Assembly (NCBI RefSeq): GCF_018977255.1
Contig: NW_024704742.1
Coordinates: 64,544,001-64,608,000 of the forward strand
Origin: Callorhinchus milii
Lineage: Eukaryota
DNA: 64,000 bases
Direction: 5' to 3'
Shown here: positions 12,713 through 25,998 of the stretch, one piece after another
Layout: the number at the start of each line of letters is the position of its first letter
Position numbering within the stretch: position 1 is the first letter of the stretch
Notes under the pieces: model-generated
What the model saw: only the letters and a program-made list of their open reading frames with translations
Database searches by the model: none
What the model was told of the DNA's origin: nothing
Program-made: the position numbers and the translations under genes

Positions 12713-14940
12713 AACAACAACAACAACAAAATTACATTTGTATAGCGCCTTTCACGTCGGGAGGACGTCCCAAGGCGCTGGACAGACAGAGTTTCAGACC
12801 TGAGCTGGGGGTCGGAGAGGGTAGAGAACAGGGGGGGAAGCAGGGAGATTGAAAGCACGTCGATGAGGAGGGTCTTGAGATGGGTCTTGAAGGAGGCAAG
12901 GGAGGGGGCGAGACGGAGGGACTGCGGGATGGAATTCCAGAGGGTGGGGGCAGAGAGGCGGAAGGCCCGCCCGCCAATAGTCAGGCGAGCGAGACGGGGA
13001 ACGTGAAGCAGGCGAGAACTCGCTGAGCGGAGGGAGCAAGCAAGATGATAGGGGTTTAGGAGGTCACAGAGGTAGGAGGCAGCAAGACCATGGAGGGCTT
13101 TGAAGGTGAGGACCGGGATCTTTAACTGTATCTTCTGTGTGATGGGAAGCCAATGGAGTCGGGCAAGGATAGGGGTGATAGGATCACGGAGCCTGGTGCG
13201 GGAGAGGACATGGGCTGCAGAGTTCTGGATGATCTGCAGCTATGGAAGGAGGAGTTGGGGAGGCCAACAAGCAATGAGTTTGCATAGTCGAGCCTTGATG
13301 TAATGAAAGTGTGTATGAGGGTTTCAGCAGCCGGGGTGTGAGACAGTGGCAGAGCCGGGCAATCTTGAGGATGTGGGGGAAGGCAGAGCGGGTCATGGCA
13401 CAGATGTGGGGTAGAAAGGATAGTTGAGGGTCAAACAAGACGCCAAGGTTCCAGACTGGCTCAGTGAGGTGGAGTGTGCAACCGTGGATGGTGATGCTGT
13501 CAGCGCCTGAGGTGTGGAGGCCCTGACAGGAGCCAATCAGGAGAGCCTCAGTCTTGTTGACATTCAAACTGAAGAAAGTGAGCTATCATCCAGGACTTGA
13601 TGTCCAACAGACATCCTGTCAGGAGAGCAGTGGTCCTGGAGTCAAGGGTGGAGGCAGAGAGTTGGAGTTGGGTGTCATCCGCATACATGTGGAAATTGAC
13701 CTCATGTCTGCGGATGATGTCACCGAGAGGGAGCATATAGATATTGAAGAGCAAGGGGACCAAGGACACAGCCCTGAGGAATGCCGCGCTAGATGGTGCG
13801 GAGGCTAGAGGAGAAAGCTTTTGTGGAGATGACGTGAAGGCGGCGTGAGAGAGATGATCTGAACCAGTCAAGGACAAAGTCGTGAGAGGAGGCAGTGGAG
13901 GAGGGTAGAGTGGTCGACTGTGTTGGAAGGCAGCAGAGAGGTCAAGGAGGATGAGGAGACAGAGGGAGCCCTGGTCACAGATAGACAGAATGTCATTTGT
14001 TACTTTGACCGGGGCTGTTTCTGTGCTGTGCGTGCATGGAAACCTGATTGGAGGGGTTCATGTAGGGAGTGGCGGGAGAGGAAGGAGCGAAGCAACAACT
14101 CGTTCTAGGACCTTGAAGAAAAGGGAGGTTGGAGATGCAGCAGTTTGAGAGTAGCGATAGATCTAAGGAAGGTTTTTTAAGGATAGGAGTGATGATGGCG
14201 CTGTTTAATGGGGTGAAACAGCAGTGGGCATGAAGAGGTTTATGATATCTGTAAGTAGAGGGGCAAGAAGGTGGAGCTTGGAGGGAAGGAGAGGGGTAGG
14301 AATGGGGTCGAAGGAGTAGGTCGAGAATTATAGTGGAGATGAGAGGAGGGGGAGACAGGGTTAAAGGTATGGAGGGAGGGATGGGTAGGGGCCGGGGTGG
14401 GAAGGGGAGATGGGGAGAGGATAGCAGATGGAATGGCAGAGGCAGCTGAGCAGATTCCCTAGACTTTGGATTTGAGGAAGTCCAATATCGCCTTGCAGTT
14501 GGCACTTAAGGATCGGCAAGACAGAGAGGGTTGATGGAGGAGCTGGTTCCTGATGCAGAAGAGGAGCCTGGGGTTGTCCTTAGGCTACAAGATTGTCTTG
14601 GAGTAGAACGACGATTTAGCGGAGGCGAGGGAATGAGCGGTAAGACTTGATAGGATCCAGACAGATCTGCCGATGGATCGTTAAGTTTGAGTGAAGCCAA
14701 GTGCGCTCAGCAGCACGCATCTGTGCTTTAAGGGAGCAGAGGTGGCTGGTGTACCATGGTGACTTAGGTGAATAGAAGACGGTTCGGGAAGAGAGGGGAG
14801 CAAGGAAATTGAGAGTGGAGGAGAGGGAGTTGTGGAGAAGAGTGTCTGAGGAGGACAGGTCATTGCGGGAGGAAGCCCAGAGGGGAAGGAGTTCAGATGA
14901 CTTCAAGGCACCCGAGAGGGAGGTTGGTGGAAAAAAGGCT
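12713..14940 (-). mobile_element. degenerate L2-clade LINE with RT remnant
   Basis: frameshifted ORF2 pieces: [53 protein letters not shown]; (AAC)n tail at 12713. Confidence 0.92.
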
Positions 14941-15399
14941 CTATTAAAACTATAAGACCTACAATTTTAAAATAACTACAGTATCAGTTCTGTAGCTCTC
15001 TTCACAGTCAACCAATTTTACAGTTTCCCCAGTGTGGATCACTGGAAATAAGAGGCTCACCATGTGAGAACTGCAGGCAAATATGCCCATGAGCTAAACA
15101 ATGATTAGAATTGTAATCCACCACAAAATGTTAGTGAGTAATACTGCCTTACATAATAACACAAGGAAACAACATTTTTCAGAGGTCATTTATATTATGT
15201 TCATCAAATTCGCTGCTATAAACAAAAATTCAATCATCAGCCTCAACCAGCCAGTTTGGTAGCTATTTAATTAGGAAGATCTGCAACTGAAATTCAAAAC
15301 CTATACTAGGAAAATTTTTAAAATATCGAAAGGACTGTATTGGTATTTTAAATAAACAACTTTCCTTATAAAAACAATGATTTGCTTCATGTAAGCAGT

Positions 15400-15750
15400 G
15401 TGTCTGCCTGGCTTAGTTGGTACCACGTTCACCTCCGAGTCACAAGGCTCAAGCCCACATTGAGATTTTGAAGAATTCATAGTCTAGGCTGACACTCCAC
15501 TGCAATGCTGGGAAGGGCTGCATTGTTGGTTAGATGTGTTGTCCTTTGAATGAGGTTAAACTGAGGTCCCATCTGTTTGTTCAGGTGGGTGTTAAAGATC
15601 CACAGCACTATTGGAAAATAGAAGGTAGTTTCTCCTGGTGTCCTGGCTTACAAATCTCTAGTTGCAATTGGACGTTCACCTCATGGCTATTTGTGGGACA
15701 CTGCTGGCTGCCTAGTTTGCCTCCAAATACATAGTGACTGTACTTTACAG
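15400..15750 (+). mobile_element. old DeuSINE (SacSINE1-like); other decayed copies at about 5283-5420, 8720-9050, 20400-20760 (-), 33790-33950 (-), 34795-34900 and 58480-58620 (-)
   Basis: ggcttagttggtaccac...ctaggctgacactccactgca...ctgtttgttcaggtgggtgttaaagatcc...tctcctggtgtcctggc; family assignment is from my recollection of the Deu domain. Confidence 0.7.
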
Positions 15751-16219
15751 TACAGCCATTTAAAAAGTACAAAAGAAAGGTGATATAATAATATAATTTC
15801 TGTTATTTCCCAGTAAACACTGGGCATCTTAGTAAACACAGTTGATGATTCCCTCATTAAAATATGCTCTGTCACCCCTCTGCAAAGCAGAACAATTTTT
15901 ACTGTTTCCAAAGAATTCATGGTTGACTTTGCTAAAATTACTGTTTATAATAGTGCCATCTAGTGGAGCAACTCATGGAACTTCTTGTCTTGCCAGCAGC
16001 ACACACAATATTTCCACTGAATACTATAGAACTAGCAGGACCACTATGCAAGTTATTATGTATGAAGTCCAAAAAATGTTTATACTTAATGGAAAAGTGT
16101 ATTGTAATGAACTCTATCATAATCCTCTACAAAAAAAGGCTTGAAAGAGCATTTCTCAGTTGTCCCTGTCCTTTTAAATTGCTGCACTGGGGCAAATTGG
16201 ATCAGGCATTTTATGCAGA

Positions 16220-17760
16220 CAACAACAGCAATTTGCATTTATATAGCACCCCTCATGCAGGGTAGCATCCTAGAGCAGTTGACAGTGGCAGAGCACAACG
16301 CAGAGCCAGGAGGGTAGGGGGTGGTGACCGAAGACAATATGGAAGAGGAAGATCTTCAAGCACGACCTGAAGATGGGGAAGGAAAGGCCAAAACTAAGGG
16401 ATAGAGGAAAAGTGTTCCAGAGTTTCAGGGCGTAGTGGCTGAAAGGGAGGTGCCAGAGCATGAAAGGATTTGAAAAAGAGTGTGAGGATCTTGAAATCGA
16501 TCCGTTCGCCAATAGGGAGCCAGTGGACCTTGGCTAGAACTTGTGTGGCGGGGGTACGGAGTTTAGTGCGAGTGAGTATTCGGTCGGTGGAGCTTTGGTT
16601 CAGTTGGATCCTGTGTATGGTGGAGCTGGGGAGACCATCGAAGAGGGCATTTGAAAAGTCGAGTCAGGAGGTGACGAACACATGGACGAGTGTTTTGGCT
16701 GTGCCTGGGGTAAGGTACGGTCGGAGGCGGGTAACGTAGCGAAAGTGGAGGAAGGTGGTCCTGGTCAGGGATAGGATGTGGGGAAGAAAGGACAGCTGTG
16801 GGTCGAACTTGACCCTAGGTTACGCAGCGGTTCAATAAGTCCGAGGGAAAAGCCGGGAAGGTTGAGGAGGTAAGAGCCACAGGACAGAATATGTTGACGG
16901 GAGCCAAGAAGAATGGCTTCCGTCTTGTCAACATTTAGTTGTAAGGAATTTGCACTCATCCAGGCCCTGATGCCTGCGAGACAAGCCGACAGAACATCAG
17001 TGGACCTGGGGTCAGAGCAGGAGGAGGAGCAAGAGATTTGTGTGTCATCCGCATACATGTGGAAGTTTACCTCCTGTCTGCAGATGACATCAATGAGAGG
17101 AAGCATATAGATGAGAAAGAGGAGGGGCCAAGGATGGAGGCCTGGGGTGACCAGGCGGGGGCGGAAGGAGAAACTGTTTGAAGAGACAAAGTCAGGTAGG
17201 ACTCGAACCAAGCTTGTGTGGTCCCACTAAGGTGGATGAGGGAGGAGAGGCAGTGAATGAGGTGGTCAACTGCATTGAACGTGACAGAGAGATCCAGGAG
17301 GAACAGGAAACAGAGGGAACCATGGTTAGAAAGAGACGTCGTCGTTTGTGACCTTGATAAGTGCTGTCTCTGTGCTATGGGCAGGGTGGAAAACAGGCTG
17401 GAGAGGCTCGAGGAGCAGGTGGAGGGAGAGGTGTAAGCAAAGCTGGTTAGTGATAACATGTTACAGAGCTTTGGCCAGGAAGGACCATCCCATTTGGAAA
17501 TGGGATGGTAATTTGCAAGGTTGGAGGAGACAAGGATTGTTTTTTTGAGGAAGGGAGTGAATGCAGCGGTTTTAAGGGGACAGAGGAGAGCGACTGATTC
17601 ACTGTGTCAGCCAGCAGCAGGAGGAGATATTCAATCTTTGACACAAAGAGTCTAGAACCTCTTTGCACTTGGCATTTGAAGTGAGGATGGAGGCAGCTTG
17701 GGGCTGGGGGGCTAGGTGTATGGAGGAAAGGTGATAGATGGTGAAGGACAGTGCCCCATC
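16220..17760 (-). mobile_element. degenerate L2-clade LINE (second subfamily)
   Basis: [37 protein letters not shown] remnants; tail at 16220. Confidence 0.88.
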
Positions 17761-20122
17761 CCCATATCACTAGAATAGATAAACAATCATTAATCAGAGA
17801 TACTCCAAAAAATACCTGCTCTGTTCATATTAATCCATAAAGTATAACAGGAGGTGGTTGAGAAGCAACAATGTGTGCACACAGATATGTTCCCTACACC
17901 ATGGAGGAATATAGGACAGCTTAGTAGAAAGACTTTCCTTGCCTACCTTTGCAACCTACCTATCCAGCTGCTCCCTCCACTCAGCTAACATCAGCCTGCT
18001 TCATGTCCCTCTCTAGATCGGCCCATTGCTTCTGCTCTGTTTCTGGAAATACATTCCAGTGTCACTCCACCTCACCATTTCCTTCTCCACTTTTGAAGTC
18101 CCTTGTAAAATCTGTTTTCGACCTCGTTTTCAATTGCCTTCCTCAGCATTCCCAACCAAGTTGCCCCAATGTAGCAATTTAAAACTATAAAAGCACATAA
18201 AGCAAAGGACGACTGAGAAATGCTCTTTGAGGCTTGGGTATACAGTCAACTGTGTGAAGGGCTCTGTGATGTCCTCCTGACATGAAAATCACTATATAAA
18301 TGTAAATTGTCGTTGATGACTTCCATGGAACTTAAAAATGAACTATTCCTGGCCCTAATATAATGTTGAAACGGTAAATAAAACCTTTAAACAAAAATTG
18401 TTTCCATTAACTATCAATCATGCTAACGCATCATCTACATGATGAATCAGATCTAACGAACCTTACCTTCTTCATTTGGCAATTATATTTATTTTTTGCA
18501 ACTAAACAAACACATTGTGTTAATTCCATGATTGGTTGATTTAAGAATGGAAGTTAACAGATTTTTTTTTAAGAAATGTGTGTGTAATAGTTTCTAACAT
18601 CTAGAAGCTTGCTGGTAATTAAATTGAGATTGTTCTTAATGTTTTTCCTGTTTTGGAACGTTAACAGCAAATCCTTAGGACACTTATCACCCAATTGTTT
18701 TCTTCACTGTGAAAGCATTACGTCTCCAACTACCAGATCTAGAATTCACTAAAATTGCGTAAATGCATCTTTCTTACCTCACCTGAAAATATGGATATCT
18801 GAAGATTTTTTGGGGTTAAATATGATCTGATTAAATTTCTCCTAAAAACACCAATTGCAGTGATTTAATTGAATACAATTTTATTCAAAGAATGGATTTT
18901 GGCAAGTATATGCCAAATTGGTTTCAGAATGAAGAAACTGCACACAGCCCTTCCTATAGTTAATAATAATAATCCTTGCATTTTGATATAGCGCCTTATC
19001 ATGTCTTCGAGACATCTCAAAGAGCCTCACAGAATATACTGCAAAGTGAATTGATTGTATATTTTGTGGGCGAAACTTAATACTGTTAAATTATACTGAC
19101 GATAAATGCACCTGCAAGCCAACAAGAAACCAACCTATGCACAATTTATTTTACTTACCTGACGCAATGATGTCAGGTGCTTTACTGAAGAAATATTTCA
19201 TAAAGGTGTGCACGAAAGTCATGGCCAAGCCTATTGGCCATCAGCCATGGCAGTTACCTCCAAAATGCACAGCAAAATTTGCATCCTCTTGTGCACTGAG
19301 GGGGCAGTTTGCAGCCACTGAGAGGGCGCTAATTGCTGGAGGTCAATAACACCACATCAACCTCTTGATAACTGCAGTGAGGGCGCTGTCGTTGACGGCA
19401 GTAGCACTTCGTTCTTCACTCACTTGAACTCAAAATCATCTCTACTGATCAACTCTCTGACATTCTCCTTATAGCAAAGCTAGAAATGAGCTTTACTAAA
19501 TTTCCATCATAGTTCAAAGAAAGTGGACCCCTCTTTTTTTTGTCAGTACAGTCCAGAAACAGGCACATACTTGACTTCTTGATTATCACATCCAAGTCAA
19601 GCACGTTTTCCTTCCTGGTTGAGTTTGCAACAACATGAGCACAGACAGCAGTGTCCCACAAACAGTTGGGGATTGAGTGACCAAATTATTATCTTTTTTA
19701 AGGGATTATTACCACCAGAAAAGCAACCCGCCAATCGACTTAACATTCGAGTTCCTACTTTCTGCTTGGTAAACAAAGGCGTGTGGCGTAAGGAAACTTG
19801 ACTTTGATGCTTCGTCCTGCTGGGAATCAAACCCAGGTCGTCTTGCTTGTCTGGCAAGTGCTCTAACCACTAAGCTACCTGACTCCACTCCACTTAACGT
19901 GCTTTGAAAGAGGGGACGGAGCGAGTCGGAGGAACTCCAGAGAGCCGGGACAAAATGGCGATGGTGGGGCAGATGGGTTGGGGTAGGCATGAAGTGGCCG
20001 GGTCAGGAGCTCACAGAGGTTGGGGGGGGGGGGAGGGTGGGGGGTAAGGGGATAAAGGACAAAAAGAGGTTTTTCATTGGGGAAACAGGGAGCTTTCTGT
20101 GCGGAAACTGCATGGCACGTAC

Positions 20123-20281
20123 CTCGATGTATGTCCTTGGTCTCCCCCACAGCAGCCGAGAGAGACTCCAATCATCTGTACTGACAGTGAACCACGAAAC
20201 GCTGCTCTCACTTCTCTCTCTGCTTCCTCTTTTTGTTTCTCTCTCTCCTCCTCTCCCTCGTGCTCTCTCTTTATCAATCAT
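20123..20281 (-). CDS. candidate alternative first coding exon of RGS12 (in intron 2)
   Basis: AGA ATG A, 53 open codons ending ...LLWGRPRTYIE|gtacgt (phase 0, compatible with the 7914 acceptor); locally CpG-retaining; no homology evidence. Confidence 0.25.
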
Positions 20282-22299
20282 TCTCCCCTCCCTCTCTCCC
20301 CCCCTCCCTCTCTCCCCCCCACCCTCTCTCCCTTTCTCCTCCCCCTTCTCTCTATCTTTCTTCTCCTCTTTCCATGATTGGATTATTATTATTAATAATA
20401 AAGCTTGCATTTGGTATAGATCCCTTTCAAATCAGGAAGACGTCTCAAAGCGCTTCACAGAATTTACTGTGAAGTTGAGCAACAGTGTATTCGTAGGCAA
20501 ACGCAGCAGCCCAAATGTGCACAGAAAGTCCCACAAACAGCCATGGAGCGGATGAACAATTTTATTTGGGGGTTTGTTGGCAAGGCAAGTGGAAGTACCT
20601 CCCTTCACTTTTCAAGTAGTGCCATGGAATCTTTAACATCCACCTAAACAGACAAGAACCTGGTTTAACACTGTATCCAAAGGACAGCACTTCCAACAAT
20701 GCAGCACACCCCCAACACCACATTGGAGTGTCAGCATAGGGTTCAAGTCCCGATATGGGGATTACAAATGGATTTAAACTTAGATTTTAATTAACATCAT
20801 ATTTAATTGAATTTAGTTAAACTCAAAGAGATCCCATATTTAGTTTGGTACACTGCGTAATTTGTAATTAATTTTCACAGATTTGAGTGGAAGAAACATC
20901 AACTAAATTAGGTGGAACACAAAGAGAAAATGAGCATGGACAGGAACTAAAATGTTCCTACAATTAACATATGGGAAGCTTCATTCTGGATTTTAGTTAC
21001 CATTATATCATTTGATAAGTTTATCGGCTGAAGTGGCTACTCTTGGGATGCGGGGAAGATGTTTAGGTCCATGTGGACAGACACATTGGAACAAACTCCC
21101 AATGTATCTGTCCGGACTGGGGTGGTCTGATTGTGGGTGGTCTGACCCTTGGGGTTGGAACTGGTTTTGGTGCTGGGACCGGGGGTGGTGTTATTGGGGA
21201 TCTTGCTGAGGGGGGTGTGTCGGAAGAGTTATACAGCCCCTTATCATCCATTTTCAGACTTTTACTAAGAATCTGAATAAGTGTGAGATAGAGATTCTCT
21301 AAGTGATGTTAGAGCCATGCAGATCAGAAGAAAATCACTCATTTTCAATGTAGAAGATATACTATTATTTCTTTTCTGGTATCTCTTCAGAATGGAAAAT
21401 ATTTGGAGTTTAATCTGTATGGTACTTCACAAACAGGATAGAATATTGAACACTACTATAGTAACTACTTGCCAACTGACGCCAAAATTAATAAAAGTGA
21501 TAATGTTATCATCGTGAGTTTATAAGATCACAATGGCTTATATTGCAACAAATCTCCACGTAAATCTAATATTGTAATGGGTGCAGGCATTGATACAACG
21601 GAGCTTATTTAAGTTTTATCCTATCTGTTCTTATGGTTAGAACCCAAGGAAATTAGCATTTTCATTTGGCTGATCTGAAGGAATTACATTTCATTATAAC
21701 CCCTACTGGCATCCATTACAGACCTACTGCAGATCTTTATGGCCCTAAGACTTCATTAATTAGGAACAATGGATGAATAATTTAGGGCTCTTATGATTTC
21801 GTGTTTGTTACAGAAACATGATTCAGGCTACGATATTATTTCCCTTAGTTGTTTTTAATAAATTTCTCAACACAGAGCGATATGTTAGATTCAAATTAAA
21901 GTGTGTAAACCTGGTCAGATTGGCTTAATCCAAGTCCTCATGAGGGGAGGCTTTGGCAAATAGACGTGCCCGCCATGAAGCAGGCTCTACCTCCAGAGTG
22001 CTCAGGTCAGTGTAGGCTGGAGCTCTCCATTTCTGCAGCTACTTCCCCTGTTTATTAGTTTACCACAAATCCACCTCACTACTAGACATCACAAATAATA
22101 ACCCTTACATTTGGTCAAGTGCCTTTCCCATCATGTGGAAGTCTCAAAGCGCTTCACAGGATATAAAGTAAAATGGAGTAAGTGTTTTGTGGGAGAACAC
22201 AGCAGCCAATCTGTGTGCAATAATATCCCACAAACAGCCATGAAGTGAATGACCAATTTTCAGGGGAGATTGTTGGCATGACACTATTAGTCAGCTCCA

Positions 22300-23215
22300 T
22301 CACTCATGAAATCCAACTGAATCAAAATTCCGCCACCCATATTCTCAGGACCCCCATGACCGACCCCAGTTCTTGCTAGGCTCCACTGCGCTCCCTATTG
22401 CAGAATGGATCAATTTCAAGATCCCACATTTCACTTACAAATCAGTTTGTGTACCTCCCTACCTCTCCGATCTGCTTAGACTCCTCTACTTGCCTCCTTC
22501 ACTCAGCTGTCTCCGGCCTTATAATAATAATAATAATATTTCTTACATTTGATATAGTGCCTTATTACATCGTTAAGACAACTCAAAGGGCTTCACAGAA
22601 TGCAGTTAAGTGAATTGACTATATTTTGTAGACAAAACGTGGCAGCCAATTGCAGCAGTAATCCACAAACAGTCGTGGATTGGGACAGCAAATTTTTTAA
22701 GAGATTATTATTATCCCCAGAAAAACAATCTGCTAATCGACTAATAACCGGGTTCCTACTTACTGGTAGATAAACAGAGCCGTGTGAAGTAAGGAAACTT
22801 GCCTAAGGTTTCACCCTGGGTCCCAGGTCCTCTCGCTTACCAGGTGAGTCTTCTAACCATTACGCTACAAGACTCATAATGCACATGACTCGTCGCCTTC
22901 ACTCTACCATCAGCAGTTATGCTTTCAGCCACTACACCCTGAAACGCAATCCCTCTGCCTTGCCCCCTCCTTGCCAATCTTTAGATTGGACCTGAAAACC
23001 TGCCTCTTTGAGCATGTCGATCATCACCTCCCTTGTCTACCCGGTTCGGAATCAAGCTCCACTGTTCTCTACCCACTCCTCACTCCCTCCCTTCCCTCCC
23101 CTCACCCTGACCATTTCGCCCCTGCTCGGGTCCCGACCCAACTGTACAGCGCCTTGGGACGTCCTCCCGACGTGAAAGGCGCTCTATAAATGAAATCTTG
23201 TTGTTGTTGTTTATC
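22300..23215 (+). mobile_element. L2 3' fragment interrupted by an antisense SINE (about 22520-22878)
   Basis: L2-like sequence on both sides of a minus-strand SINE with tRNA head and (ATT)n tail; L2 stem-loop and (GTT)n at 23147-23211. Confidence 0.8.
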
Positions 23216-23559
23216 ATTCCAAGACACTACCCTGCATAAAGGACACCACATAAATGCAAGTTGTTATTGATTCACAATTAGGAATTATTTTAGATTTTGT
23301 ACTTTCTAAAGTGGGTTGCTACATGTTATTCTATAGTTCTTATCCTTAAGATTTTAAGAATATGTTTACTTAAGTGGTACATAGATATTTCAAATCACTC
23401 TTCCACCGCATTACTAGTCAAATTTGAATCTGCTTAATATATTGAGATGGTAGCTTCTCTAGGTGTACTGACCAACAATCCTCCAAATAAAATTTGTCAT
23501 TCTATTCGTAGCTATTTGTGGGGCACTCCCGTGAGGTCAACCAACTAATGTGGTCAAAA

Positions 23560-24125
23560 TTTCTCAGTCTATTTGTTGGCCTTCATATGTTTCTACTGGA
23601 TATCAACCCACAAACAACTCCATTGTAACATTTTATTGCTGGTTCCTCAAATGCAAGGTATACTGATTGTAGATGGGACCTTAAATATGTTCCCTCACCA
23701 AAAGACATGAAGTGACCAGGGTCCCTTCTTGGAGAGCTCTGATGTGCTGGGTATGATGGAGTCTGACCATACCCTGCAGCTGCAAACGACAAACTACAAC
23801 TTGCATTCCTACCCTCATAAATCATGCTCGAGACTAAATTACTTCCTAAATCAAAGAAGTCCACCTATCTCAAATATTGGACTGTGGATTGGTAACACTG
23901 CCATCTCAGACCATGTGCTTCTCACTATGAGATTCGAGTTGGAGAATCTTCCCCTAAAGATTCACTAACAGAGAATCAATACTTCCCTTCCAAGCGACTT
24001 GGAGTTTCTTGGTCCTCTGCACAGAATCTCTTCTTATAAGAAAACAAAAGCCCCAAAACCTCTCGCACTTTACTGTGGGAGACAGCCAAGGCAGTACTTA
24101 GATGCCCTATCATTCCTTCTCCTCA
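23560..24125 (+). mobile_element. old L1-clade LINE ORF2 remnant (endonuclease C-terminus and linker)
   Basis: YNLHSYPHKSCSRLNYFL...IGNTAISDHVLL resembles the APE motifs SRIDY and SDH; LWETAKAVLRCPII at 24073-24114 resembles the L1 W-x2-K-x3-RG motif. Confidence 0.65.
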
Positions 24126-24139
24126 GCCTTTAATCGCTG

Positions 24140-24720
24140 TAAACCCCAACTTCTTTCAGTTTAATGTCAACAAATTGACTCCCCATCCTTGCTTCTGGCT
24201 CCAATTACCTCAACGTTCCAGGTTGCTCTTTCTCCACCTTGGTATTTTGTTCAACCCTCAGCTCTTTTTCCATCCTTACATCCAATCCTTGTTCAAGGCC
24301 TTTTCTTCACATATCCCATCGTCATCCCCAATACATCCAAAATCCTTATCCACACTTTTATGACCTCTAGCCTTGACTTCTGCAATGCCCTGCTTGCCAG
24401 CCTCCCAGCTCCTCCATCCTGAAGCTCCAGCTCATCCAGAATTCAACTGCTTCCATTTTGACGATACCAAACACTGCATATTCACAGCCACTATTGTAGG
24501 GATATCCTCCTAACTTTTGGAATTCCCTCCCTAAATCCGCTGCCTCGCCCTTCCCTCTCCATCTGTCTTTTAAAGCTTGCTGAAAACATACCTCTTTGAC
24601 GATGCTTACAGTCACTTCCCTACTCCCACCCTGCTTGATGTCTGACATAATCTCTGTAAATATTAAAAGAAACACTGCCCTATTTGAAAGGCACTATATA
24701 AATGCAAGTTGTTGTTGCTG
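24140..24720 (+). mobile_element. old L2 3' fragment
   Basis: LGILFNPQL, LIHTFMTSSLDFCNALLASLP remnants; tail gcactatataaatgcaagttgttgttg. Confidence 0.75.
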
Positions 24721-25998
24721 CTCCAGATCATACTTTCCCAGACTATTTTTAGTTCCAAACATGAAAACTTTGGTTCAGTATTTATCAAAGCTTGCAAAGC
24801 AAGACTGCTACTGTTTGACCAAGCTGCCCAAATAAAAGTTACTTCTACATCAGTAATGTTGCACTCTTTAATCACTGAATGCAGTTTCTTTTTAACATAG
24901 CGATTCACTGAAGGTGCTATTAAAATAAAAATCTTAAAGTTCTGGAAGCACACAAAACGTAGATGCGTAGACACACAAGTCCAAACCAGTCCAGGCTAAA
25001 CAAATGAAGTCAAAAGGTCAATTCAAACATTCATAGGATTTGGCAAAAATGTAAATAAAGCTCATTATATAAGCAATAATAATCAATAAGCAGACAAAAT
25101 CTGTCTGGTCCCAAGACTAAAACAACACATATACATAGGCTCAGAGCAAATGATGAACTTTTCTGTTCATAATGGAGCACTTAAACTTTACCTTAAGTGT
25201 TACCATTGCCCACTTATTTTTTCACTCCTAACCGTTGGAATCCATTAGGACAAATAGTCAGTCATTCTCAGGCTGTGGAGATATCGTTTTTCTTCAATTA
25301 AATAATAAAAGCATATTTCATGGCAGCATTTTAGTGTTAACTAAACAAAGTAAATGATACACCTAACATAAAAAGATACTCTTTTCCAAGTGAATTATAT
25401 CATTTACATACAGTGGATATGTCAAGGTTACTTCTTACATTGATACATATTGAATTAACAAGTTCCCGTATACTGCTCCACATCATTTCCTGGTGAGGTT
25501 TTACTACCCCTGGTCAACATAGAGTAAAGGTTTTGCAGCAATGTTTGTAGTGCATATAAGTACTTTGGTGCGCTACAGGTGCAGTATCTTCAGTATGTAC
25601 GCACATACCATGGACACCATGCTTCCATCAGCCGACCTCACAGCGACTTTAAAGCCTTTGAAAACTGTTTTTTACTGCAAAGGGAAGATAAACCAACTTT
25701 AAGATAAAGTCGATGTATTCTGCGCATGTAAAGAGAAGTGTAGAATCATGCTACATAATTAGTTAAAAGTACTGATGACCATTTCATACTTGCAATAATG
25801 AACCAATTTAGCCAATGCAAATTCAGTAAACATGCAATTTCAGCATTTCCAAAAGAAATTAAGATATTCTGTGAAGTGAAAAAAGCAAGTTATATTTTGC
25901 ATCTTATAAATTACAGCCTATTAATCAGCAAAAAGCCATCTCATTAAAAAGGTACAGTGCCGTTATGAATTCTTATGTTATTTCAGTGCACCCCTTAC

